Shown here piece by piece: positions 26,301-37,226 of a stretch of DNA of 64,000 nt. The notes under the pieces were generated by a model. That model saw only the letters and a list, made by a program, of their open reading frames with translations, had not been told where the DNA came from and made no database searches. The stretch comes from Paraspadella gotoi. Lineage: Eukaryota; Animalia; Chaetognatha. Location: positions 23,630,858 through 23,694,857 of the forward strand of contig CM119264.1 in NCBI GenBank assembly GCA_051294375.1, given 5' to 3'. The first letter of the stretch is position 1. The number at the start of each line of letters is the position of its first letter. Both the position numbers and the translations under genes were made by a program.

Positions 26301-27457
26301 TCTAAAGACGACGTAGACTCCACTATAGCTGGTTAATTTGGGGTTGAAATATTATTGTTTATTACGTAGAAAAAATGGAATGATTGTGTTGAGAGAATTC
26401 ACTTATTAATTTACAATCTACAGTTGAAATTTGAGTTTTGGACTGTACTCCTCGGATGCTATTCTCTGCGTGTTGTTTCTTTGCCGCTTTTTGGATTTTA
26501 CACTCTAACCGATTTCTTTCGTTACCATTTTAAAATGAAATATTTTTTTAAAAACTTACAATAATTTTTATTTCACGACATTGCAATACTGTTTCACGCA
26601 AAACAATTTAATCATGCCGAAAACGATACTATCGATCGATTCTGTCAGGCAATTGTAAAACCGGGAGACTAATTCTCGTCGGGGTCAAAGTTTAAAGTTC
26701 GTCTCGTTTCGACGCCATTGGATGACTCATCGTGGGAGACTTGGGCTTCTTCGCTGCCGAGAAGGGGGATGCCGGAGATGGGATCAGAGGTGGCAAGAGT
26801 GGCCGAAATTTGAGCCGCTGGAGTGGCACAAATAGGGTATAGCAAAATTCTAGCTGTACTTAAAAAAAAAAAAAATAGTAGAAAAAAAAAACAACATAAA
26901 CTCAGTATTGTGGCCTTTGGCAGCTGCGTAAATTTGAAAAATCTGACGTGTAAATTGGAAAAACAAGGAAAATTTTGCACCTCCTAAATGTAAAAGAAAA
27001 TTTGACAATGTGTAGTCAAAATCGAATCAAAAAATGAACAAAATGAATAGCATCTGTGTAACGAAAAGAAAGAAGTAATACGCAGCAGGAGAAATAGAAT
27101 CGATAGGAAAGAGAAGAAAAAAAAAGGAGAGGCAGCAGCAGAAGCAGCAATTTCGTCAGTAGCAGAAGTAAAGGAAGCGATTAAAGCGTCGGCAGCGTCT
27201 ACCGCTTTTTCGATCGGCGCCATCGTTGGCTTCATCGGCGCCGCTGAGTTGAAGTAAAAAAAACCGACGCACGACGTTGATGCATCTCAACCGACTTTGC
27301 AGCAAAGTCGCTCGCCCGCACTCAGAGCTGCCGCATCGCAGCAGAGACTGCATCAATCGCCGCCTTCTACGCCTCCTCTTGGGCCTCGTAGCGCCATCGC
27401 GCGCAAAAAAACCAACGTCCACATAAATTTAGCGACCGAGCGTCAATAAAAACCGGC

Positions 27458-27490
<33 letters not shown>
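20460..27490. repeat. Tandem ~3-kb duplication (20460-23335 vs 24005-27490) across the N-gap at 23336-23360; probably two haplotypes
   Basis: Long near-identical blocks, e.g. 22270-23335 vs 26410-27490. The second copy is indel-rich. Copy 1 has an extra 20541-20848; copy 2 has an extra ~25560-26325. Confidence 0.85.
23380..23840 (+). repeat. Degenerate ~150-bp satellite containing TTAGGG/TTTAGGG telomere-like motifs
   Basis: Repeated blocks TGTACGGGAGC..GGGTTAGGGGTTAGGG..GAGTTGAAC..TTTTAGGGTT..GGGCCCGTGGTTGA(A)TGCAT. Confidence 0.6.
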
Positions 27491-27498
<8 letters not shown>

Positions 27499-28386
27499 CT
27501 CTTTCCTCCTTCGGTCTTGTCTCTCTCTCTCTCTGTTTCGCGAAAACGGGCAAACAAAAAGGCGAAAGAAGGAAAAAAAATGGCGCGTCGATGTGAATGG
27601 CTTCGCAACGCCGCTGCTAAGACGCCGCCTCCGACGCCGACGCCGCCGCCGCGGACGCCGCCGCCGCCGCTGCCGGTGCCATTCGGCGCCTCAAACGGCG
27701 TCTTCGATTTTAGGTGAAACGAAAAAGGAGATCAAATAGAAAAATAACTGAACTTATTTTATTACCACTTACCTTACGTAGGCCTACTTAATAATCTAGC
27801 TGTTGAAATTTATTTGACAATATTTTAGTAACAGTACAATACTGAATATTTTGGTAACATATTAATTAATAATCGATTATTTCTACAGTATCAACTAGTC
27901 ATTGTAATCAAGTCTTGATTCAAGATTATCCATTCGATCTATCGCTCTTTCTGGGACCCTGGGACCCTTGGGACACTTCAAGCCTTCGTCGTCCCCCTCC
28001 TCCTTCCTCCTCCTCTTCCTCCTCATGTTGGCCAGTTATTATTAGTTTTATATATGTGTATATATGTGTTTTATTCGTTCACAACAATTAATTGAAACAT
28101 ATATTTAAAAGGGCATACAGCATTACAGATAAACACCAAAATTGTATTGTTTACATTTTTAACATTTATGAGTTTTTTCTGTCTTTTCCACACTCTCCAT
28201 AAATAGGACTTTTAAATTTTTAATAATTTACATGGAACCTGCATCGGGTGATGGAAATACCTCGTGAGCCAAAGATAAACGTAATCTCTTTCTTTTATTA
28301 GATAGAGATGTTTGACGTTTTTGATGTTAAAATTAATAAAGGAAAAACGAAATTTTTTCGCGCTTTAACAACATTTATTTTTATGT

Positions 28387-28429
28387 AATGGACAAGTTTC
28401 GACTCTAGTTTCGAGTATTCATCAGCATT
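28387..28429 (-). ncRNA. Minimal type I hammerhead ribozyme motif
   Basis: Minus AATG-CTGATGA-ATACTC(GAAACTA)GAGTC-GAAAC-TT-GTC-CATT. GUC cleavage triplet; stem I AATG/CATT. Confidence 0.7.
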
Positions 28430-28490
28430 GAAAAAGATACTTTCACAAACTTTTTATATGGTAGAGAGAGAGAGAGAAGGAGGGAGATAT

Positions 28491-28561
<71 letters not shown>

Positions 28562-29095
28562 TCCAACAAAGAAATTGAGTAAAGGACAGTGGTCAGATGT
28601 TAGGACAGGAGAAAGTGAGGGAAGGAAGGAGAGTGAGTGAATTTGAGATTGGTGAAAAAGAAAAGAGAGAGAGAGAGAGAGAGAGATCAATACATTGGGC
28701 AATGTACAACAATGAATAGAAGTGAAAAAACTAAAGTACCATAAGTTAGTGATAAATAAATATTTTGTGAGAATTGTTTAATAGTAAGAATGAAATATGA
28801 AATATAAATGGAAGAATAAGTTGTGAGGGATAGCTAAGGTAAGTTTTTAGATATTTCATATTTCATTCTTACTATTAAACAATTCTCACAAACATTTATT
28901 TATCACTAACTTATGTTACTTTAGTTTTTTCACTTCTATTCATTGTTGTACATTGCCAAATGTATTGACTTTCTCCTCTTCTCTCTCTCTCTCTCTTTCT
29001 TTTTCACCAATCTCAAATTCACTCACTCTCCTTCCCTTCCCTCACTTTCTCCTGTCCTAACATCTGACCACTGTCCTTTACTCATTTCTTTGTTG

Positions 29096-29135
<40 letters not shown>

Positions 29136-29213
29136 TCTCTCTCTCTCTCTCAATATCTCCCTCCTTCTCTCTCTCTCTCTACCAATATAAAAAGTTTGTG
29201 AAAGTATCTTTTC

Positions 29214-29258
29214 AATGCTGATAGAAGACTCGAAAACTAGAGTCGAAACTTGTCCATT
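29214..29258 (+). ncRNA. Minimal type I hammerhead motif (core CTGATAGA, one extra A)
   Basis: AATG-CTGATAGA-A-GACTC(GAAAACTA)GAGTC-GAAAC-TT-GTC-CATT. Confidence 0.65.
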
Positions 29259-30550
29259 ACATAAAAATAAATGTTGTTTAAAGCAGCGAAAAAAAAAAAA
29301 TCGTTTTTCCTTTACTCTATTTTAAACAACAAACGAAAGTATTATCACAGATGTTAAAATTGTATTTAAATTGATCTTTATAAACAACTTGAAATCAATT
29401 TTTTGGCGAAGATGTCAAAGTCGTCAAATTTATGGCTCATCGCATCTCTTAATAATCAAGCGCAATTAATAATTTTTAATTCAGTATCCAAGATTACAGT
29501 ATAAATATGTTTTAGCTTTATTGACCGGTACGTTATACAAGGTACAAGGTTCAGAAGAGCAGTTGGTTTATGAGAGATTCATTCTCAGGCCTTTGGGCAA
29601 GCAATTTAAGCAGCTTAGCTCAACAACATCAAAGCATCTAAATTGGGGCTAAAATGATTGTTGATAAGATGCAGATCCGTGTGCACTGACCATAATTGGC
29701 AAGTTAAACCTACATGAGTAGTTTCAAAAAATATAGTAACTAATACAACACACCATCAACTGCATCAATTTTTTTTTACCAAAAGAAGCAAAGTAAAGTG
29801 GAGTAATGGAGTTGTTCTGAAGTTCCTACCTATCACATATTACATTTTTTTAAAGGAATTTGTCACTAAAGCGAGTTCTTGCAAAAACTTTGACTGGGTG
29901 AGAAACTAAATCAATTGCAATGATTTTTCTATCAAATGCTATAAAAAAATTTTCTTAATGATTGTTAGGTCATGTGTCATTAATTTCTACTTCCTGTTAG
30001 TGGATTTGGCTCACGGTGTATATTAACTTGTGTAAAAGTATTCCCTAATAGTCGGTACTCGCGAAGAAACTCTATAAGTCACTTTTCGGTCGGTCTGTCG
30101 GTCGGTGCGTCGGTATGTCTGTCCGTCGGTCTGTCCCACTTACGTTAAAAATGCTTATAATTTGCCTATAGTTGGCTGCTCATTTGTTTGGACAGAAAAA
30201 ACCTGAAATTAAAACTTTCAGGAATAAAAGATGGAATTTTGATTCAGTGCATGTCATAAATACATAGGCGAATAAAGTGTTTTTTAGTCATGTCATGTCA
30301 TATTAGTCAATAGTCATATCATGTGAAAACAAAGTCACTGCGGCGCAAAACATCGGAATCACCGTTCTTATTTTCTCTTTCTCCCCTCTGACGTCCCAAA
30401 AGTAAATTGCGAAGGATAAATATATTTGAAAAGCTGATGGGAGAAAAGGAGAGGAAGACGACGACGACGACAACAGAGAAGACGTATCGAAAATATTGCA
30501 CCGACGATGACGACGACGACGCTGTTGACGTTTTCGACGACGACGACGAC

Positions 30551-30606
<56 letters not shown>

Positions 30607-31289
30607 CGTCGAGGTCGTCGTCGCATAAAATAAAAACAACAATAACACTGACGAGGAGAAGGAGAAGGAGGAGGAGGAGTAGGAGGAGGAGGAGAACGAC
30701 GACGACGTTGCAGCCTCTCAGGCCTGACCCGTGACCTCTTTGACTTACAACTCATTCGAGGAAAAAAAATCCGTCGATTCTAAAGCAACTCTGATGGAAC
30801 GTTGACAGTTATGGACCGTAATTTTTCAGGGCGGCAGCGAGGAGAAGGATGAGAGGTTGCGAGAAGAGGGCTATGGGAGGGAGGCCGACGAGGGAGAGAG
30901 AGAGAGAGAGAGAGAGAGCAGACGACTGACGAGAATCGAGAGGAGAGACTGACGCAGAGACAATCGACGAGCGCCTGCCCAGGAGTGAGAGAGAGAGAGA
31001 CAGAATAAAAATGACCAGAATCTGTAGTTTAGAATCGGAAAAAGGGGGAGAAAAAGAGAACAAAGAAAAAGAAAATAGAACAAAAAAATAAAAAAATTGA
31101 AAAAAATAAAGCGACGATACTTATGAGAAACAGGGTCGAGAATACTAATGAAATATAAAAACAAAGAAAAAAAAAAGCATTATGGCATCTAATAATTGAC
31201 AAATAAGACCTTTGAAAACATCGTGTACAGAATATACTCTCTACTTGACAACTTTTATCAAAATCTACAGAGTTGATAGGAATTGAAAA

Positions 31290-31620
31290 TTAAAAAATTA
31301 TGCCAGTTAAAAAATGATACAAGTTAAAAAAATGATGCAAGTTGAAAAAATTATAAAAGCTAAAAAAATTATGCAAGCTAAAAAAATGATGCAAGCTGAA
31401 AAAATAATACAAGTTGAAAAAATTCAAAAGTTAAAAAATGATACAAATTTTAAAAAAATATTCAAGTTAAAAAAATGACACAAGTTAAAAAAATGCAAGT
31501 TAAAAAAATAATAAAAATTCATAAAAATGATGCAAGTTAAAAAATGATACAAGGTAAAAAAAGATGAAGTTAAAAAATGATATAAATGAAAAAATGATGC
31601 AAGTTGAAAAAATGATGGAA
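31290..31620. repeat. ~20-bp minisatellite AAAAAATGATGCAAGTT(G/A), about 15 copies; related reverse copies near 1755-1805
   Basis: Direct tandem copies visible. Confidence 0.8.
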
Positions 31621-31875
31621 ATTTTTTTGGTATCATTATAACAGCTCAGTTTAATCCCTTGCAAGCGATTTACATGTATTGGTGCAGCCATTGGTTTGGT
31701 ATGGTATGGATCACAAGTTGAAAGAAGTATCGTGATTTATCATCTGATAAGCTGATTCCTGCTTAACTATCGTAAGCAGATCCGACATTGTTTGCTCAAA
31801 CTTGTTTTGGTATAACTTCTGAAAATCATTTCACGATGAAAGGACTTTACATACATTAAAAATAATGATTTAATC

Positions 31876-33741
31876 TTACTCATGGGTAAGCAAAACTACT
31901 GACGGAAATATTAAAAAAATTAGACATGGAAAATACTGAAAATTGGTCTGAATTTGTTCTCCATATTTTACATACTCTATGTAGTTTATTGTCTGATTAA
32001 ACATTAAGAAAACTCCTTTACAATTCATATAACTCTTTTCAATCTGACAACATACTAATGCACTAAGCCATATCGACCAAAAAGAAATATCACTACCGAA
32101 ATTAACTCTTTTTTCACCAATCTGAAACCTAATACAGGCCCAAACAAAACAATAAAATATTAAAACCACAAAAATGTAAATTGTGAAGTTCAAATTATAA
32201 CGACTTTTTTGCATTTTTATTTTAAGCACGTAGCTTATATTTAATAAAGGTAAAAATGCAAGAGAAAAATAAAAGAAGAAACGCGAATTTAATTTAGCAT
32301 AACCGTAGAATAATAAATATTTGTCTTGCCAGGTATATCCTCGAATGGGTCCATAGTATACACCATTACCTCCGCACATTCCTTCTATCACTGACCTAAT
32401 CTCTCCCTTAATTCCTGGTCCCTGAATAACCCAAAAGGTTGCCAATGGCAACGAGGCGCATGCTATATATAAAAAGATAACGAAAGAGAGACAAACTCTT
32501 TTTCCAATCATGTGCAGTATCAGTTTTTGTAGCATTCTGGTGGCGACTACGCAAATAAATAATGGGAAAAAGTTGGCGACTATTTTTTCAAATATTACGA
32601 TTTCCTTATCCAAACTGTCTCCATCGTGAAGAGTTTGGAGAAAATATAAAAATGCCAATGCGCCAACGAAGCAAAGGGATTCTAACTTTAAAAACCAATT
32701 ACGAATTTTGTGGTTATGAATCAAAATGAAAGTTTTGTACAACAAAACTGTAGCAACATCCAATAAAACTACAAACGCTGTTCTTTTAGCAGACGGATGC
32801 AAAAAGGATTGGTTACCATGCATCAGATAGTAGTAATATTCACCTTTTGTAATATACGTCACATTGCTTAAATACTTCTCAATCTGAGGCGATTTTAATA
32901 ATTGAGTCATTAACTTGATCCAATTCGAACTTTGTTTCGCATTAATGCCCCCAATTGACCATAACTTATTCGTTGAATTTCCAACGGCTACTTTTTTTTT
33001 TAAGCTAAACTGAACAAAACTATTCAATCGCAAACCAATTATCGCTATTCCCCACGAAATATTACCAAGAACAATTAGGTCGTCATTGAATGACAATCGT
33101 GTCGCCAGGATGAAGAGAGAAAAACAAATTTTGATCCACCATTGGAACCAAGAATTTGCTACGCCCTCCCTTTTCAAGACGGTTTCGTCACCGGATATTG
33201 CCAGTCGGCGTAAAAAAGATAAAAAGTATCTCAGCTCGGTCAACGTAAAGACGCGAAGAATTAGAGGAACGATGAAGATGAAAAACAGAGACGATCTTTG
33301 CAGAGCGTTGACGTAAATGAAATAGAGAGAGACTGAGAGGCCGAAAGTTTCTTGAACGATTCCGAATACAATGAGCAAAATCTCTTTCGGCTTCAACGGA
33401 CGTTGGACCCAGTTATCCACCCTCATTTGAGCAGCGGCCTTGGTCACGCTCAACATGGATATTACCACGGAGAAAATGGTCCAGTAAAAATCGATTTTCC
33501 ACCGGCAGATAATTTCGGAGTGAATGAATTTATTTTTACAAGCGCAAGTTTCTCCCAGGTTGACGATCGTTCCGTTGTCCATCGCTCGGTACATGTTTCC
33601 CAATAGTTCCTTCTTACGATGGTTGTGGCAAAAATCCAGTAAATCGGGAATGCATTTTTTATTGTCGAACAGCAAGGAATAGGCAATGACTCCGGTTTGA
33701 ATCAGCATTTGGACGTAAGATTCTAATAGAATGTGAATCAT
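31876..33741 (-). CDS. Large terminal exon of an XK-related (Xkr scramblase-like) multi-pass membrane protein
   Basis: 621-codon open frame in AT-rich DNA. HILLESYVQMLIQ matches the XK-family ExxLESxPQxxLQ motif and is followed by SVVISMLSV. Many hydrophobic segments. The frame stays open a few codons upstream of 33741, consistent with a spliced exon. Confidence 0.65.
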   Translation of the reverse strand: MIHILLESYVQMLIQTGVIAYSLLFDNKKCIPDLLDFCHNHRKKELLGNMYRAMDNGTIVNLGETCACKNKFIHSEIICRWKIDFYWTIFSVVISMLSVTKAAAQMRVDNWVQRPLKPKEILLIVFGIVQETFGLSVSLYFIYVNALQRSSLFFIFIVPLILRVFTLTELRYFLSFLRRLAISGDETVLKREGVANSWFQWWIKICFSLFILATRLSFNDDLIVLGNISWGIAIIGLRLNSFVQFSLKKKVAVGNSTNKLWSIGGINAKQSSNWIKLMTQLLKSPQIEKYLSNVTYITKGEYYYYLMHGNQSFLHPSAKRTAFVVLLDVATVLLYKTFILIHNHKIRNWFLKLESLCFVGALAFLYFLQTLHDGDSLDKEIVIFEKIVANFFPLFICVVATRMLQKLILHMIGKRVCLSFVIFLYIACASLPLATFWVIQGPGIKGEIRSVIEGMCGGNGVYYGPIRGYTWQDKYLLFYGYAKLNSRFFFYFSLAFLPLLNISYVLKIKMQKSRYNLNFTIYIFVVLIFYCFVWACIRFQIGEKRVNFGSDISFWSIWLSALVCCQIEKSYMNCKGVFLMFNQTINYIEYVKYGEQIQTNFQYFPCLIFLIFPSVVLLTHE

Positions 33742-34035
33742 GTTGAGGCCGGATAATAAATTGCGCTTCAGGTGTGCAACGGTTAATATTTAATTTTCTC
33801 TCGGACCTTGCTTATAATTTTTTTCATCTATGCTTTAGCCTAGAGTAGATAAGTATTTAGCCTAGATATTTCAAAACTTTAAGATTTTGACTACGTAAAA
33901 AATTTGGAAATATTTTTTTCGACAGCCCATAAAAAACTCTTTTAAAAAAATTCGATTAGAAAAAATAATGTTTTACTAAATCATTATTTTAGCAAAGTTA
34001 TTAAAATCAAATCTCTCTCTCTCTCTCTTTCTCTG

Positions 34036-34101
<66 letters not shown>

Positions 34102-34139
34102 TAACTCAATGTTAAAGAGAAAAATTTGTAACTGAAACA

Positions 34140-34182
34140 AACGCTGATGAAGACTTAAAGCAAGAGCCGAAACATGTCCTAA
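34140..34182 (+). ncRNA. Degenerate minimal hammerhead motif downstream of (TC)n
   Basis: CTGATGA-AGACTT..GAGCC-GAAAC-AT-GTC, then AATAAA and the family tail AACGAAAAGAAAGGAAATA. Stems I and II are imperfect. Confidence 0.6.
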
Positions 34183-34779
34183 TGTAAATAAAAATCAAAC
34201 AAACAAACTTTGTTTTCCCTAACTATATATATTATATACAAAACGAAAAGAAAGGAAATAACATAATATTTATATTCATAATCTGAGTATTTTAGTAATT
34301 ATATCAGTATGGATTCGGGTGATGTTTCAATTTTCTCTGAGAAAAAATTAAATATTTATCCCTGCCTTGAATGTTCTAGTGAGACCAACATTTAAATCTT
34401 TTATTAGGTTCGCCAAAAAAAAGTTAATACCTAAGGAGAATTTTAATTTTTAATTGTTAAAATTTCGGGCAAAAGAGGACTATCGAATAGATTGGATAAG
34501 GTTAAGCTAAGAGTAAGATTTATAAAAACGCAGCCGTCCTTTGCTAATTTAGAATGATTTTTTTCTTTGTTTCAATGCCCATAACCATTTTTTAAACAAT
34601 ATTCTTAGGTAATATAAAATCTCTGGTCAAACAAACAGAGCGACGGACAAGCAAGCAAAAAATTCAATTTAAAATATTATTACATAATTATGATAAAAAA
34701 GGCTCCAAAAATTTAGAAACTTTTTTTTTTTGAATATCATTTCTCAGCTGTTATCCATTATCTGGTCCCTTCCGTCCCT

Positions 34780-35132
34780 TAATCATAATCTGTGCAATAT
34801 AATGAAAATTATGCTGTTTATTTTCTCTTTTTTTTGGCAACCGTCATCCGAATTTAAATCCGTTGACAAAACCAATGCACCCAACCCAGCTATATGCAGT
34901 GCGATCGATAACAACTTTCGCATTTTTGTTTTCCAAAGAATTCGGAAACGATCTCTGGTTTTTGGAAATCACGAAACAACTGAAAAGATGACGAGACGAT
35001 GTTGTGAAAGACCAACGACCCCAAAAACGCCCAACCGAAATAGTTGTTGAGGCCCAGATGGAAATGATCGGCCATAGTCTTGAGGTCAGTTCCCAAATCG
35101 AGGAGATGAAGAAAATTGGAAAATATGACCAA
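34780..35132 (-). CDS. Probable upstream exon of the XK-related gene, with apparent frameshift(s)
   Basis: FLHLLDLGTDLKTMADHF..YFGWAFLGSLVF resembles the XK N-terminal DxxTD motif. KLLSIALHIAGLGALV continues in another frame after a T-run near 34935. Confidence 0.5.
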
Positions 35133-35750
35133 AGACAGCGCGTGGGATGCAAACTTTTTGAGACCTGTCGAAAAAGAACAATTGAAATCAATATCGGGTT
35201 ATTCGATCATTTTTCTTTTATTTAAAAAAAAAAATTATTCAAACTTCCTAAAAAAACCAGTAACATAAAATTACAATTGTTGTAGTAGTTTTACCTGACC
35301 ATCGTTTTTGTTGGAGCGGCATAGTAGCAAGGCACAAACGGTCAGATATTCTAGAAGCTTCTTCTTGTATGTTCCTGATGGGACAATGCTGATTAAGATA
35401 ATTAGGTCATCGCAAAACTTTCACCGGTTTTTGTAACACTTTGCTATTAGGCTTGAAAAACAAAAAAAATTATCTACCTCGTTGGAATTGTTGTGTCTCG
35501 GAGGAAAAACGAAGAGTGATGATCAGAAATATCAACTCATTGACGATATACAGAGAAATAAAATTGAGCAAAGATGAGAAGGAGAAAGGCAAATCTAGCA
35601 AAAATGATTGATCCTTGATTAAAAATGATTGTACGATATTCATCCATCCTTTATCCATCGAGGCAGTTTTTTTTTTTCGCTGAAAAGTTAATAAAAACAG
35701 TGTCAATTGCAATACCAAATTACGTTTCGCTTTTCTTTTTTGCAACAAAA

Positions 35751-35816
<66 letters not shown>

Positions 35817-35829
35817 AAAGAAAGAAGGA

Positions 35830-35875
<46 letters not shown>

Positions 35876-37226
35876 AGCAAATAATCAAAAAGAATAAAAG
35901 AAAAAAAAGCGAAGAAAAAGGAAAAATGATTTGATATGAAAAGCTAAAAATATATATATAGTTTTCATTATGCCTTCCAAATAACAAGCGCTTCAACAAT
36001 TTTGATCTTCAGCTATTGCATTTGCACAATTCCAATCATGTTTTTCATCAGTAACTTCTCTTTGTTTCTCTTCAAATTGCTCGTGACGGCGTTGGGATGG
36101 AATCAGTAGATTAATCTCAATATCCAAGCAGTGAGCACACACGTCACAATTGACTTCGTTGTAAGAATTTGACGAAACGTAGTTTGCTACCCACTCAAAC
36201 TGAAGGCTGCTCCAATGCATGTAAAATGCTTTTAAGAGTTGATTAAAATTTATTGGTCAAAATGCTATTTTAAAAGTCATAATGTCATCTTGGAAGTAAA
36301 AGAGATGAATTCCATAGAAAATCTTTATAGGTGCGTGAATAACGCTGAAAAAAAGTTGGGCTATACATAAATATTTAAAAAAAATAAAAAAATTAATCAA
36401 TACAACTTTCATTTATTCAATTAATATAAAAAAAATTTTAAATTAAATAGAGAAACAGGTTCTTTTTTTATTTAAACTCATTTTCACTCGGACGATTCCA
36501 TCGAAACTTTATTTTTCCTACCCAATCGCACACAAAATTTCAAGTAAATCAAGCCATCCACTCATGAGTTATTGGCGTTCAAAGTGGGGACGGACCAACG
36601 GAAGGACGGACCGACAGACATTCAGATAGACAGACAAACGGACCTCGATATTTTTGCATAATTTATTATAATTTGATGTTTTTAAATGATTTAAGTGACC
36701 GATAAGATTTTGGGATAGGACCTACAAAGTGAATTATAGAGCAAAAAGAGACATATGTAAAACTTAGGGTTGAAGAGACAGTAATTATTGATATGTGTTA
36801 ATGACAGAACCGTTCAATATAAGCAGTACTTGAGCTTCGGATTAGGCTGTAACTGAAAGAACGTTTTGCCTCGTCTTTATATCTTTATCTCGGTCACATG
36901 AACGCGTCCTTATTTTAAGCATTTTTACGGTCAATTTTTGCTCTGGTCGTCTCAACGTTTGGCGAGAATCTCGATCAATTTTCATTCGTTTTCTGGATCG
37001 AATCATGAACTTTTAATCGTCTGTTCGAAACTTCGTTTCTACGAGTTTCTGTACCGTGTTTTGTGTGTTTTCCAAATAAAATGCGTTTCTAGAACTCTTG
37101 TCGATACATTTTGGACGGACGACGCTTGGAACGTTAGTCTCCGCGGGCGAGAAGATAGATTCTTCTACAGTAGAAACGAAGAAACTGCTTCGCGGATATA
37201 ACGTCGAATTTTTAAAACAAAGAAAA

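Larger units (their letters stand above)
28325..29330. mobile_element. ~1-kb palindrome (arms ~28325-28805 and ~28851-29330) of the (TC)n-hammerhead repeat
   Basis: Arms are reverse complements around a ~45-bp spacer. Each carries TTTGTTGGAAA-(TC)n-AAAAGTTTGTGAAAGTATC-hammerhead-AATAAA. Confidence 0.85.
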
